DNA of 39,029 nt. Source: a virus (taxonomy: Duplodnaviria > Caudoviricetes). The position numbers were made by a program, and so were the translations under genes. The first letter of the stretch is position 1. Every line of letters starts with the position of its first letter. The stretch is taken from the IMG/VR virus record IMGVR_UViG_3300048848_000223, positions 1-39,029 of that record. The stretch is one strand, 5' to 3'. Below, piece after piece: positions 7,072 through 18,000 of the stretch. The notes beneath the pieces were generated by a model. It did no database searches and was not told the origin of the DNA. It worked only from the letters and a program-made list of their open reading frames with translations.

Positions 7072-9678
7072 TTATTCGTCTGTGAGGAACGGCAGCTGCT
7101 GGCGGATCACCTGCGTGGCGAGGTTGAGCCCGGCGATATTCGCGTGCGGCGCGTCATATTTGTACGCCGGGTTCCAATCACCGTCGTCGTTGTTCGCCGA
7201 AAGCGCACGCGCCACGTCGAAGAACGGGTAGTCGCCGAAGTAGCGGTTGCGGATGTCTGCGTTGATCGCCGTGTTCTTCGCTGTCTGCCCCGTCGCCGGC
7301 AGCAGCGTGCCAAGCACAGGCATAGCGCCGGTCGACAGGATGTGGCCGATGATCGTGGCTGTGTTCGTACGCCAGACTGCGGCGTCGGTCTCGTTGGTCC
7401 CTAGATTGAGCACGACATACTTCGGCGCGAAAGCTAGCAGATCGGACTGGAGGCGCTCAGCAAGGAAGTAATCGGTGCGATCACCGCCACGGCTCATATT
7501 GAGCGTGTCGCCCTTGCCGCGGATTCGCGAGAGCTGGTTCGGCGGCGCGAAGCGCGAGTTTGCCCCCAGCGGGGAGTTGCCCTCGTAGTTGCTGTCCGAG
7601 ATCCACAACCAGTGGCAGTCGCGCTGCACGTCCGTTTGCGCGTGAAACGAAAGGCATTCGGCGTTGCCCGCGAGGAAGATAGCGCCCGGCTTGCCCCACA
7701 TGCGGCCTACCGGATCGAGCTGGCCCCAATAACCCTCGAGCGTCACCTGCTGCCCGGTGAGGCTGTGCGACACGGCCGCGATCGTACGGCCGAGCCGCTT
7801 GCGCAGCGTCATGACGTAGATGTCGCCGGCCACGACGGTCCACGGGATTGCAATTGAGGTGCCGGGGCCGGCCTGCTGAAATACGCCCGCAATGCTCGTC
7901 CAAGGCTCGAGACGCAGAACGGCCGCGCCGGCGCCGGCCGTCGCGTCGATGCTGGCGACGACGCCGAACGCAAAATTGTTGCCCATCGGGATCGTGCAGA
8001 TCCCGACCTTGCTGGCGACCGACACCATCTGGAAGGCCGCGGTCAGCGTGCGGCGCCCTGCGGCGCTGAAGCGATCGTGGACCGCATAACGATACTGGCT
8101 GGGGCTGGTGGCAGTCAGCTTGCCGTTGATTGCCATGTTGGCGCCGAGCGTCCACCCGGCCGGCGTGGCGGTGCCAGCGAAGGTCGTGCGCGTGATAGTC
8201 GTGCTCTTCCGCAGCTGATCAGCATAGGCGTCGCGCTGCGTCACAGCCGTTTGCAGGATCGGGCGCATCTCGGGCCGGATCGTCGAATGCGCGACCAGCA
8301 CCGCGGCCGACTGCGACGCGTTGGAGACGTTAACGCCGCCAAAGCCCGCCGTCTTGTTGCTATATTGGACGAAGCCGGTTTTCGGGGCGAGCACATACTG
8401 ATCGCCCGGCAGCACTGCCACCGGCGTGTCGAACCGCGCCGTCGCGAGACCGGTGACCAGCGTCACCGCACGACGGGCGATGCGCCGCCATGTGCCGCCG
8501 CCGTTCGGCCGGTAGATGTCAACGAACGCGGCCCCAGGCGTCGTGCCGCCGTAATACTCGATCCCGACGAAGTCCGCGGCGAAAGCAAACACCTCGCCGG
8601 TGCCCCAATGATTAGCGCTCGCGAAATTGCCTCCCGCCACCGGCGCGTCGCCATAAGCGGCCTCCTCAACCGCCGCCGCGGCTGGCTGGGAGCCGGCGCG
8701 CGCGGCGGCGACGTCCGTCGCCACGGCCACCACGTCCTGCAGCGCCACCTGGAACAGCGGCTTGGTCGATCCGCTCGTCAGCGTTTGAGCGACGCCGGCG
8801 GGCTGGCCGGTATTGGTCAGACTGTCGCCCGCCACCCCTACAGCCGCGCCGAAATTCGCATTGCCGGCAGCGCGGTAAATCCCGATCCTGCCGCCGACCG
8901 GCACGACAATCCCTGCCGGGAAATGCTCTCCAGCCTTAAGCGTGACCGCGCCCGTCGTCGGGACGCCTGTGATCGGCTCGTTCACGATGATGTCCCACTT
9001 CCCGCCGGGGCTCTCGGCCGCGACGATCAGCCGCGCGCCTCCATCCCCGACGGCAGTGCACCACGCCAGGATTTGCGCGATGGGCAACTGCGCCTGCGCG
9101 CCAACGCCAAGGAAGCGAACAGTGCCGTCCGCGATGTTGGTCGTGCCGGCCGCCGGGGCGTTGCCGACCACGACCTTTGCCCCCGCATAGCCGGCCGTGA
9201 CCGCCCCCGCCTGCGCGATTGCTTCGACCGAGCCGGTTACCGATGCGGCAGCCAGTTCTGCGCCGATCCGCGCGTTCTGGGAGAGTGGCACGTTGCCGAC
9301 GATCGTTGCCGCGTCGGCGACCACAGCGGCCGCTTGCCCACGCACTTGATCCGTCGCGACGCGAACAGCCTCGACTGCGTCAATCTTGGCGTCGGCCTCG
9401 CCGAGCTTCGCCGCCACCTGCAGATCGACGTCGGTCAACTTACCATCGACCTCGCCGAACTTCTCGGACACGGCCTGGCTGAGTTCGGTCAGGGTCTCGT
9501 CGACGTTTGCACCGGCAGCGGCGATCGCGGCGTCGACCTTGTCGATCGTCTCCGCCTTCAGTGCCGCGCCGGTTGGCGCCGGCAACGCGCGATTACCATC
9601 CTCGTCGATCGTGTTGTACAGGATCTCGGCCGCGTTAGGGCCGTCGTGGCCCATCGCCACGCGTTCGCGGGTGCTCAT
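7072..9678 (-). CDS. Tail spike/fibre with C-terminal SGNH/GDSL hydrolase domain
   Basis: N-terminal coiled coil, beta-rich middle; ISDSNYEG, SRGGD, LGTNE and DAPH blocks. Confidence 0.75.
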   Translation of the reverse strand: MSTRERVAMGHDGPNAAEILYNTIDEDGNRALPAPTGAALKAETIDKVDAAIAAAGANVDETLTELSQAVSEKFGEVDGKLTDVDLQVAAKLGEADAKIDAVEAVRVATDQVRGQAAAVVADAATIVGNVPLSQNARIGAELAAASVTGSVEAIAQAGAVTAGYAGAKVVVGNAPAAGTTNIADGTVRFLGVGAQAQLPIAQILAWCTAVGDGGARLIVAAESPGGKWDIIVNEPITGVPTTGAVTLKAGEHFPAGIVVPVGGRIGIYRAAGNANFGAAVGVAGDSLTNTGQPAGVAQTLTSGSTKPLFQVALQDVVAVATDVAAARAGSQPAAAAVEEAAYGDAPVAGGNFASANHWGTGEVFAFAADFVGIEYYGGTTPGAAFVDIYRPNGGGTWRRIARRAVTLVTGLATARFDTPVAVLPGDQYVLAPKTGFVQYSNKTAGFGGVNVSNASQSAAVLVAHSTIRPEMRPILQTAVTQRDAYADQLRKSTTITRTTFAGTATPAGWTLGANMAINGKLTATSPSQYRYAVHDRFSAAGRRTLTAAFQMVSVASKVGICTIPMGNNFAFGVVASIDATAGAGAAVLRLEPWTSIAGVFQQAGPGTSIAIPWTVVAGDIYVMTLRKRLGRTIAAVSHSLTGQQVTLEGYWGQLDPVGRMWGKPGAIFLAGNAECLSFHAQTDVQRDCHWLWISDSNYEGNSPLGANSRFAPPNQLSRIRGKGDTLNMSRGGDRTDYFLAERLQSDLLAFAPKYVVLNLGTNETDAAVWRTNTATIIGHILSTGAMPVLGTLLPATGQTAKNTAINADIRNRYFGDYPFFDVARALSANNDDGDWNPAYKYDAPHANIAGLNLATQVIRQQLPFLTDE

Positions 9679-10103
9679 TCTGCTCTCCGATCGATGATGA
9701 GGTAGACCGCGCTGCCCGACTGGTCGGGGCGCTGAGCGCCGACCGCTGCCGCGGCGTGCTCGATTGACAGGGGCCCGCGATCGACGGGTTCGTCTTCGTC
9801 GCGCCAAAGGCGGGTGAACGCCCATTCGAGATCGACCAGGCCGGCGAGCGCCGGTCCGACGTGCGCTGGATGGCGCATGATGTGGGTGAAGCCGTTCGAC
9901 AGCTGCCTTGGCGTGCTCAGGGCCGTGACAGCGTCGGCGCTGGTACCCAATGCGGTGCCGACACCCGGGCCGGAGATCGTGAAGGCGAACCGGGCACCGG
10001 GCAGCTCTCGTGCGAAGCCGTTGGCATCGAGCATTTGGTATCCGAGCGCCAGCGCGTCGTGAGCGCGGACGATCATGCGGCCGCTGATGTCGATCGTCAG
10101 CAT
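9675..10103 (-). CDS. Hypothetical tail-associated protein
   Basis: 142 aa, coupled to the tail spike gene by ATGA overlap. Confidence 0.7.
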   Translation of the reverse strand: MLTIDISGRMIVRAHDALALGYQMLDANGFARELPGARFAFTISGPGVGTALGTSADAVTALSTPRQLSNGFTHIMRHPAHVGPALAGLVDLEWAFTRLWRDEDEPVDRGPLSIEHAAAAVGAQRPDQSGSAVYLIIDRRAE

Positions 10104-10168
10104 GCGCGCGTCTCCGCGCGGCCGGCCTGCGCCGTCCGTTCGTCCATGTGGATCTCCATCAGTTCAGC

Positions 10169-13100
10169 TCAGGGGATCGCCGTTCCGCGGCCAAGCCCGT
10201 CGTATCCGCGGTAGCCGGGGGGAGGCGGCGGCGGCGCGACATAGCCACCGCCTGACGCACTCGTTGATATTGGCGGGTAGTAGATCAGCGCGTTGTTCGA
10301 CGTGCCGATCGGCGCGGGCATCGCCTCGGCCAGATAAACCGAGGAAATGAAGTCCCAGAATATCGCGTAGGACGTGTTCGGGCTCAGTCCGCTAATGGTG
10401 CCGGCTGGGAAGGTCCCGAAATCCTGCCCGCTGCGACGCCCATCCGAGAGGACGACGTCATGTGCCGGCACGTAGATCTCGGACGCTGAGCTGCCGCTCG
10501 GGGCATAAATCGGGGAGCTTGTTCCCGGCGAGTAGATCGCCGTCACTTTGTAAGCGCCTTGGTTGGGCGGCAGGCCAGCGTACTTGCGTAAGGCGTCAGC
10601 GAGCAGGTCGATGCCGAACCGGTAGTCGGCAATGCGGCCGTTGAAGAGCGTCCGATCGACGGCCGTGTCGAACAGGGTGTTGTTCCACGCGGGCGAGAGG
10701 GAGTTGCGGTATGCTTCCCAGGCCATGCGCGCGTTGTTGGCCGTGGCCCTGGCGTCGGTAACGGTGGCGAAGCCAGTTATGGCAGCCGCCTGGTCGTCGA
10801 GCAGATCCCACGCGTTGAGCAGCTCGTTGTTGAGCGGGATCAGCTTCGTGATCTTCTCGTTGACGGACAGGACACCGTCGTTCGCCAGCGCCTGGATCTG
10901 GTCGAGCGCGTCTTCCGCATCGCCAGCTACCTGGCTGGTCTTGAACGCTCCGTAGCGGCGCTGAGCGTCCAGCATCGCGTTGATCGAGTCACGATAGTTG
11001 AGCAGCACCGTGTTGTAGAAATTGCGGTTCGCGATCGGCGTGTCAGTCGTCGTATCGTCCCACGCCGGAGCGAGCCCATCGAGATAGTTCAGCCAGACGC
11101 CACGCCAGTAGGCAGCTTGCGTCCTGACATTGTTCGCGTGGTTGAACTCGGTCGTCGAGATGGTCGCCAACTGCGCATCGAGAGCAGACCAGGTCGCTTC
11201 GATTTCCGCGCTGAGCGGGATCAGCTTGGTGATCTTCTCGTTGGCGGTGATGACGTTGTCGTCGGCGAGTGCATCAAGCGCATCGATCGCGCCGTTCAGC
11301 CGCTGGTCGAGCCCGTCGATCAGAATGCCGAGATAGAGCCGCAGCGCTTCCGCAAGTAGGGAGATGCCATAGCGGTAGTCTGCCAACTTGCCGTTGAAGG
11401 TGCTCCGCGCGACCGCGGTGTCGATTGACGTGTTGTTCCACGCGGGCGACAGTGCGTTGCGATAGGTCAGCCAGGCGATCCGCGCGCCGGCTGCGATGCT
11501 GCGCGCGTCCGTCACCTCGGGATCGCTGATCGCGGCCGCCTTGCTGTCGAGAAGCTGCCAGGCGGCCTCCAGCTCGGAGTTGAGCGGGATTAGCTTTGTC
11601 ACCTTCTCGTTGACGGTGAGCACGCCATCGTCACCCAACGCCGCGATCGCGTCGAGCGCATCGGCCGCGTCGCCCGCAGCATTGTTGATCTCGCCGGCGA
11701 GTTGGTCGAGATCCTGCAGGATCGGGTTGAGGGTCCACTCGTAGCGGGTCGGCTCGGCGCCGACGATCGCCGCGGCGTCGTTGCCCTCGCCGAGGTAGAT
11801 ATCGAAATGTTCCTCGCGGAGCATCATCGGCACCACGCCGTCCACCTGGACGGCCATATCGGCGATGCGGAACAGCTTGTTGACCCAGCCGAGCGGCGCG
11901 AACGTGAAGCGCACGACATCGCCCTTCTGGAACTTCCAGCCGGTCGCCTGGAACTCGGCCGTGAAGGTGCCGCCGCCCGAGATGATGCGCTGCAGCCGCA
12001 TCAGCAGCAGGCGCGATCTCTGGCTCGGCGACTGAACGAAGGGCAGGTCGATCTTCTGGTCGCGATCGATCCCGTCAGGGCTGGTGCCGCGGACCTCCGG
12101 GCCCTCGATCAGCTGGAAGAGCGACGCGCTCGAGGGATCGGTATAGCCGCCGCGGATGACGTTGATCGTCTGCTGCAGCGCCGGCGTCTGGTCCCACGTG
12201 AAGGTGCCCAGCACGTCGGCCGTCGTCAGGCTGCCGATCGGCGTGCCGAGGTCGTTGTGCAGGATCTGGATGCGCTGGCGACCACCGACGTCGTCGATGA
12301 TCGCGTTCATGGTCGCCTTGAAGGTGTCGTAGACGACGTTCAGCTCGTCGGCCTCGCTGAACACGCCATCGCCGCGGTACCGCATCTCGGTACCGCCGGC
12401 CGAGCGCGCGACCGGCTCGTCGCAGATGTTCGCGGCGACGGCGAAGCTGTCGATATCGATCCGCGCCGGCGGGACGCCTTTGCCGACCGACAGCCGCCCG
12501 TTGATCCGCCAGCCGATCAGGAAGGTGAGCAGCTGCAGCGCCGGGTTGCCGCACGCCTCGTCCGTGCGGATCCACGTAGCCTGGTTGTCAGCGCGGCATG
12601 CGCCGGATCCGCCACGGGTCGAGTCCTGCCGCGGATCGTAGACCGGCATGCCGTCGCCGACGATCGTCACGCGCGACGGGATCGACTGCGCGAACGGGCT
12701 GTCGCTCTTCTTGCTGTTCCCGGTCAGCTTGAAGCGGAAGTAGACGTAGGCGCAGCCGGTGTAGCGGCGCGAGGAGCCCATGCGTGGCCCCGTGTTGATC
12801 GCGTTGGCGGCTGAGCCCTCGAGCACCGGCGTGACGGTCAGGTAGCCGGCGAAGTCGCTGGTGACGCCGCCAGCAGCCGACCAGGCGAGCTTGTCGTCGA
12901 ACCAGATCTCGCGAATCGCGCGCGCCGCATGGCCGGCCGAGACGACCCAGCGATGCAGGTACGTCTGGTCGTTCGAATATTCCTGGTCGCGCAGGTCGGT
13001 GCCCATCGCGGTGCTGCCGAAGACGCTGAGCCGCGGCGCGCGCGTGTTGATCGACACCTGCAGGCGATCTGCGGTGGACGAGCTGACCTTAGGCGCTTTG

Positions 13101-13285
13101 ATGCCCGGGGCGAGCAACGAGCTGGCGGCGCTGAGCACCGAGCCGGCTGCAAGAAGCAGTCCCGCCGAGATGCCGAATGCCGAGGTCGACAGCGCCAGGC
13201 CCAAGCCGAGCGCTGCGCCGCCAGTTACGATGGCGAGGCCCGCGACGACAGCAACCGTGCCGATGATCTTGAGGGCCTTAGCCAT
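10169..13285 (-). CDS. Central tail/host-specificity protein (J-like) with three ~110-aa internal repeats
   Basis: Position after NlpC-like gene; YDPRQDST and NPALQLL tail-tip motifs; repeated NEK(V/I)TKLIPL...PAW units. Confidence 0.85.
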   Translation of the reverse strand: MAKALKIIGTVAVVAGLAIVTGGAALGLGLALSTSAFGISAGLLLAAGSVLSAASSLLAPGIKAPKVSSSTADRLQVSINTRAPRLSVFGSTAMGTDLRDQEYSNDQTYLHRWVVSAGHAARAIREIWFDDKLAWSAAGGVTSDFAGYLTVTPVLEGSAANAINTGPRMGSSRRYTGCAYVYFRFKLTGNSKKSDSPFAQSIPSRVTIVGDGMPVYDPRQDSTRGGSGACRADNQATWIRTDEACGNPALQLLTFLIGWRINGRLSVGKGVPPARIDIDSFAVAANICDEPVARSAGGTEMRYRGDGVFSEADELNVVYDTFKATMNAIIDDVGGRQRIQILHNDLGTPIGSLTTADVLGTFTWDQTPALQQTINVIRGGYTDPSSASLFQLIEGPEVRGTSPDGIDRDQKIDLPFVQSPSQRSRLLLMRLQRIISGGGTFTAEFQATGWKFQKGDVVRFTFAPLGWVNKLFRIADMAVQVDGVVPMMLREEHFDIYLGEGNDAAAIVGAEPTRYEWTLNPILQDLDQLAGEINNAAGDAADALDAIAALGDDGVLTVNEKVTKLIPLNSELEAAWQLLDSKAAAISDPEVTDARSIAAGARIAWLTYRNALSPAWNNTSIDTAVARSTFNGKLADYRYGISLLAEALRLYLGILIDGLDQRLNGAIDALDALADDNVITANEKITKLIPLSAEIEATWSALDAQLATISTTEFNHANNVRTQAAYWRGVWLNYLDGLAPAWDDTTTDTPIANRNFYNTVLLNYRDSINAMLDAQRRYGAFKTSQVAGDAEDALDQIQALANDGVLSVNEKITKLIPLNNELLNAWDLLDDQAAAITGFATVTDARATANNARMAWEAYRNSLSPAWNNTLFDTAVDRTLFNGRIADYRFGIDLLADALRKYAGLPPNQGAYKVTAIYSPGTSSPIYAPSGSSASEIYVPAHDVVLSDGRRSGQDFGTFPAGTISGLSPNTSYAIFWDFISSVYLAEAMPAPIGTSNNALIYYPPISTSASGGGYVAPPPPPPGYRGYDGLGRGTAIP

Positions 13286-13722
13286 CAGCCAATCCCCCAG
13301 CAGCGGATCCAGTCGGCGCGGCTGAAGCGTACCAGACCGGGCGCTCCGCCCTCTTCGCCGACGAACACGGCCGCGGCGCCGACGCACACGCCCAGGAGGC
13401 CGCCCAGCTCGCCGGCTAGCAGGATCAGATCGCCGCGGCGCGCGAACGCCGGCGCGCGCGTCGGGAACTTGGCGTCGAGCGTCGCGTCGATCGTGCCGGC
13501 GCCGTAGCGGCGCAGGGCGCGCGCCGCGCCGATCCGCGTGAAGTAGCGGCCGCGGAATTCGGGCATCGGATCCACGCCGGTCAGCGCGGTCACCGCGCCG
13601 GCGCCGAACGCGCAGCAGTCGAAGTGCTCCGGATCCTGCGCGTGATCATAGCCGAACACGACGTCGGCGCGATCGGCGAGGAAGGCGTTCAACCGCGCTT
13701 CCCAATCGGGGAGGCGGATCAT
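13285..13722 (-). CDS. NlpC/P60-like tail-associated protein
   Basis: MIRLPDWEARL start; DCCAF and RRGDL motifs; ATGA overlap with upstream gene. Confidence 0.8.
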   Translation of the reverse strand: MIRLPDWEARLNAFLADRADVVFGYDHAQDPEHFDCCAFGAGAVTALTGVDPMPEFRGRYFTRIGAARALRRYGAGTIDATLDAKFPTRAPAFARRGDLILLAGELGGLLGVCVGAAAVFVGEEGGAPGLVRFSRADWIRCWGIG

Positions 13723-14381
13723 GCGAGCCGCACCTGGCCGCCCTCGAACCGGCTGCCGCCGCCGCCGAAGGTGCCGGGCACGATCGGGGTGTTGGCGGTG
13801 AGCGGGCTGCCGCTCATGCCGTTGGCGATGGCAATCGTAGCCTTGGCGCTGAGGTCGCCGGCGTCGAACAGCTCCTGGTCGAGGTAGGTCCGGTTCGACG
13901 CGGCGGTGTAGGCGGCGAGGTACCCCTCGATCGAGACGTTGATCGTCTGCTCCTGCGGCGACCCGCCGATCGTCAGCGCTGTCATCCAGCCGGTGTAGTA
14001 ATGCTGGAAACCGCCCTGCTGCGTGCGCTGCTCGTCGCGGATCACGCGCCACAACCGCGCGGTGCGGCCCTGCCAGTTCGCCTTGTTGCCGATCAGGTTG
14101 AGCAGCTCGTTGTCGAGGCTGATCAGCCCCGAGAGCTTGGCGGTGACGGTCTCCGAGCCGCCTTCCTTGAAGCGGACGGGGCTCACGTCGACGACGGTCG
14201 GGTCGATGCCCCAATAGTCGTAGCCGTCGAGATCCGGGTCGCCGGTACCGGCCGGCGTGATCGTCTTGCCCGCGGTGCACGCACGCAGCGGATCCCCGAT
14301 GATGTCGAGGTAGCAGAAGAAAACCGGGTTGATGCTCTTGCCGTCGAGCGCCGCGACCGCGGCGGGATCCGGCCGGCTCAT
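13719..14381 (-). CDS. Minor tail protein (tail tip/hub, L-like position)
   Basis: Synteny after distal tail gene; 220 aa; coupled overlaps. Confidence 0.75.
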   Translation of the reverse strand: MSRPDPAAVAALDGKSINPVFFCYLDIIGDPLRACTAGKTITPAGTGDPDLDGYDYWGIDPTVVDVSPVRFKEGGSETVTAKLSGLISLDNELLNLIGNKANWQGRTARLWRVIRDEQRTQQGGFQHYYTGWMTALTIGGSPQEQTINVSIEGYLAAYTAASNRTYLDQELFDAGDLSAKATIAIANGMSGSPLTANTPIVPGTFGGGGSRFEGGQVRLA

Positions 14382-14989
14382 CGATCTTCCTCAGCGCGGA
14401 ACGCGAAGGAATAGGTCTGCCCGACGTCGACGTCCCAACCGGGCGGATCGCTGGTGAGTGACATCAGGCCGAACGGCCACTGCATCTCCACCGCCGCCCC
14501 GGCCGCGGGGATCTCGCCCAACTCGACCGACAGCGTCGCGGTCGCCAGGCCGTTGCCGTTGCTGACAAGGTCGTGCTCGAGCACGCCCAGGCGTTGATGG
14601 CCGCTTGGCAGCGCGACCGTCAGCAGCTCGCCGGCGAGCAGCAACACGCTGTTGGTCGGCAGGCCCTGCAGCGGCACCATGTTGCCGTCGTTGCGCCCGC
14701 TGGACGCGATCGTCGGGTTAGCGACGTTCGTCTGGCGCGTCTCGGTCGCGCGAACCGGGAAGGCATGACGCATGCCGCGCAGCGACATGAACCAGCCGCG
14801 CCAGGGCTTGATCGTCTCTTCGCCGATAAAGGTCCGGAACGTCGCGTCGAGCGTCCAGTAGGACGCGCCGGGCAGGCCGATCTTCTTCGATGTGCCGGTC
14901 CAACCCGAGCGATTGCGCTGCATCGGCTCTGGGCAGCGCCATTTCGCCCCGCGCAGCGGGAGCGGCGCGGGTGGGATCTTGATCGCCAT
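14378..14989 (-). CDS. Distal tail protein (Dit-like)
   Basis: First gene after the tape measure; start MAIKIPPAPLP. Confidence 0.7.
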   Translation of the reverse strand: MAIKIPPAPLPLRGAKWRCPEPMQRNRSGWTGTSKKIGLPGASYWTLDATFRTFIGEETIKPWRGWFMSLRGMRHAFPVRATETRQTNVANPTIASSGRNDGNMVPLQGLPTNSVLLLAGELLTVALPSGHQRLGVLEHDLVSNGNGLATATLSVELGEIPAAGAAVEMQWPFGLMSLTSDPPGWDVDVGQTYSFAFRAEEDR

Positions 14990-15003
14990 CGGTGCGCCTT
15001 TCG

Positions 15004-18000
15004 CTAGAGGGTGGCTCGGCCGAGCTGGGCCATCGTGCTTCCGGTCGCGGCCTGGACGATCGCCGGCGCGGCCTCGCGGAACACAGCGCCGCTCGTCTGG
15101 GCAGCGATGACTTCCATCTGGGCCATCAGGTCGGCCGTGAGCACGGCGCCGCGCAGGTCGAACACCAGCGGTCGCTTGTCGGCGGGCGCCTGCAGCCCAC
15201 GCTGGGCGGCAGCGATGCTGGGATAGGCAGGGATGCTCGGCAGGCCGCCATCGGCAAACCGGGGGAACGTGCCCTTGTTCATCGCGTCGATCAGCGGCCA
15301 ATACCGCTGCACCGCCCGCTCGTTGACGATCCCCTCGCCATTCGAGACCATGATCGGTCTGCCGCCGCCCACCAGCGCCAGAATGCTGTCGGAGCGACCG
15401 GTACCGGGCCCGCGAATGATCCCCTGATCGATCGACGGCATGCCGCCGCCGGCGAACCCGGGCAGGCCACCATCTGCGAAGCCGGGAACCAGGCCGCCAT
15501 CCTTCAAGCCGAAGAAGCTCTTCCCGATCGCCGAGACGATTGCCTTCTGGATCGCTAGCCGGATTAGATCCTGGATGATCCCATTGATCACGCTGCCGGC
15601 AACGCCGCCGATCTTCAGCAGGTCGGTGATGGCGCCGGCAGCGGCGCGGCTGCTCGCATCCTCGAGGGCGCCGAAGCCGTTCGCCGCGACGCCCTTGAGC
15701 GCCTCGTCCATGTCCGACGTGGCGTCGACCAGGCTGCGACCGTAGGCCTGCAGCGGATCGTCGTTCTGGCGAGCGAGCTGCTCGTCCTGCATCTCGAAAA
15801 CGCGCGGCAGCTGCTGAAGACGGCCCTGCAACGCTGCTTTGCGGTCGGGATCGCGCTCGTTGGCGATCGCCGCCTCAAGGGCGATGCGCTGCTGATCCTG
15901 CTCGATCTTGAGCAGCTGGCGGGCGATCGTCCGGCGATCGGCCGCGGTGGTTGCAAGATCACCCTGCAGGCGCAGCAACGTGGCCTGATCAGCAAGGGCA
16001 TCGCCTTCAAGCTCCGCCCGCTGCGATACGGAAGCGGCTCGCGCACGCTCCTGGATCGCCGCGGTCTCCGCGCTGGCATTCTGCGCCGTGATCAGCTTGA
16101 CCGCGTCGGCTTCTGCCTGCGTCCACCGATCCAGCTCGACGCCCTTCTGCACCGCGCGATCGAGGTCGGCGCGTTGTCGTTCGACCGCCTGAACGTCGAG
16201 GTTAGCTGCTTCCTCGATCGTGGCGGTGCGCGAACGCTCCACGCGAAATTGCGCCTCTTTCGCCTGGCTGAGCAGGCCAGCGTAAGCATCGGCATTCTGG
16301 GTTTGCCGATCCTCGTCAGCCTTTTCCCGCCGTGCGGTAGTTGCTGCCGACGGACCGGCCTTGCCGAACTCGACATGGTAGACCTTTTGGCCGGGCTCCT
16401 TCAGGACTTTCCGAAGGGCCACCCCTTCCTCGGCGAAGGCTTTCTTGATCGAGGCGACCGAGATGCCGGGGCCGTACGCCACATCGATGGCGTTGCCGGT
16501 TTCATGGAGGCTGGTACCAGGCTTCGCGACGGGACCGTTATGACGGCCGGCGAGCTTGTCGGCGTAGAGCTGCTCCTGCTTCGCGCGCGACCGCGTACCG
16601 CTGGTGACGCGCCCGCCGATCGATTCGATGATGCTGGTTGCACCAGCGACATCTATCTGGCGGCCGAATTGGCGGTTGGCAGCGCCGCTGCCCTTCGCCG
16701 TCTGCTGGCGCTTTTGCTCCTCAGCGATTTTCCCATCGCGCGCGGCCTTCAGGACCTTGAGCTGGCGCGTAAGCTCCGACGTGACAGTACCTTCGGCGAC
16801 CGCGCGCTTCTTCGCTCGCTCGATCAGTCCGTCTTCGCCGTCGTACTGATACCGGATAGCGGCAACCGGATCGTTCGCCCGGTCCGCCGCTTCGCCCGCC
16901 AGATCGGCGCGCGTGCGCTGGCGCGCTGCATTCGCTTTCACGATGGCGGCATCGATCCGCGCGAGACGTGTCTCGAGCGGAGCAATCTCACCCTTCAGCC
17001 GCTCGATCTCGAGACCAATGCCGCGTTCGTTGCGGGTGCCTGGCTGATCCAGCGTCTTGAGCGACGCTCGCTTCTCGGTGAGATCGCCGGAAACATCGTC
17101 CCGAGTTTGTGTGAGCAGCTCCAGCCGCGACTTCGCCCGTATGTTCAGGCGCTCAGCATTGGTCCGGAGGGCGTCGTTTTGCTTCTCGATCTCCTCTGTG
17201 AGGGATCGAACATCGTCGATCAGGCCCGCCTCGGTTGTGGCGAACGCACGCTTCGCATCGGCTGCGACGGTAGCCTGCTCAGCATTCTTCTTGAGCTCGT
17301 CGGCTTCCTTTTTGGCCGCGTCACTACCTTCGAACAGCTTTGCGACAAACGGCGCAGCAACGACGGCTGCGCTACTCAGCGCTACGCCCCAAGGGCCGCC
17401 GAGGAAGCCGAGCACCTTGTTGCCCTCGCCGCCGATTAGCTGCAGCGCCTGGATGACCTGGCCGGATTGCTGCGCGAAGATGATGCTGGCGCTGGTCCCG
17501 AGCGAATATTGCATCGAGATGTCGCCGAGCTGGTAGCTCAGCTGCTGATATCCGGCTCGCGCCTGGCCGTTGATCGAGGTGCTGCGCGCCTGCACCACGC
17601 CAAGGCGACCGAGCTGCGTTTCCACGGTCCCTAGCACGCCCGCTTGCTCACGCAGCGCAGCGGCCTCGGCATGCGCCTCTACCGCGGCGGTCGATGCCGC
17701 GGCCGCATAGGCGCGGGTCGCGGCTGACGTGCCGCCGGTCGCCTGGTCCGCACGCGTCGCCGCCTCGGCCACGATCCGGAGCGCAGCCGCCTTATTTGTT
17801 GCGGCGTCGGCCGCCGCTCTCGCAGCGTTGGCGTCAAGGATCTGGATCGCCGCCTGCCCAGTCGGAGCGTTCGCCGCCTCGCGCGCCGAAGCGCCAATCC
17901 GGCGAAAGCTCTCGGTGTACGCGCGCTCGGCTTCCTTCAGACCGGCAGGCGGGCCGCCGGCGCCGATCTTCTGGAATTCCTTCTCGACCTCCTCGAGCAC

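Noticed and set aside
9679-9825. Upstream extensions of several ORF-track calls (e.g. 9825, 13387, 14280, 15301, 20505, 32622, 36667)
   Set aside because: They overlap neighbouring genes; shorter starts with SD or stop-start coupling were used instead
7072-13285. Possible diversity-generating retroelement or invertible tail cassette
   Set aside because: No reverse transcriptase, no adenine-specific TR/VR pair, and no flanking inverted repeats seen; the tail repeats are diverged protein-level duplications
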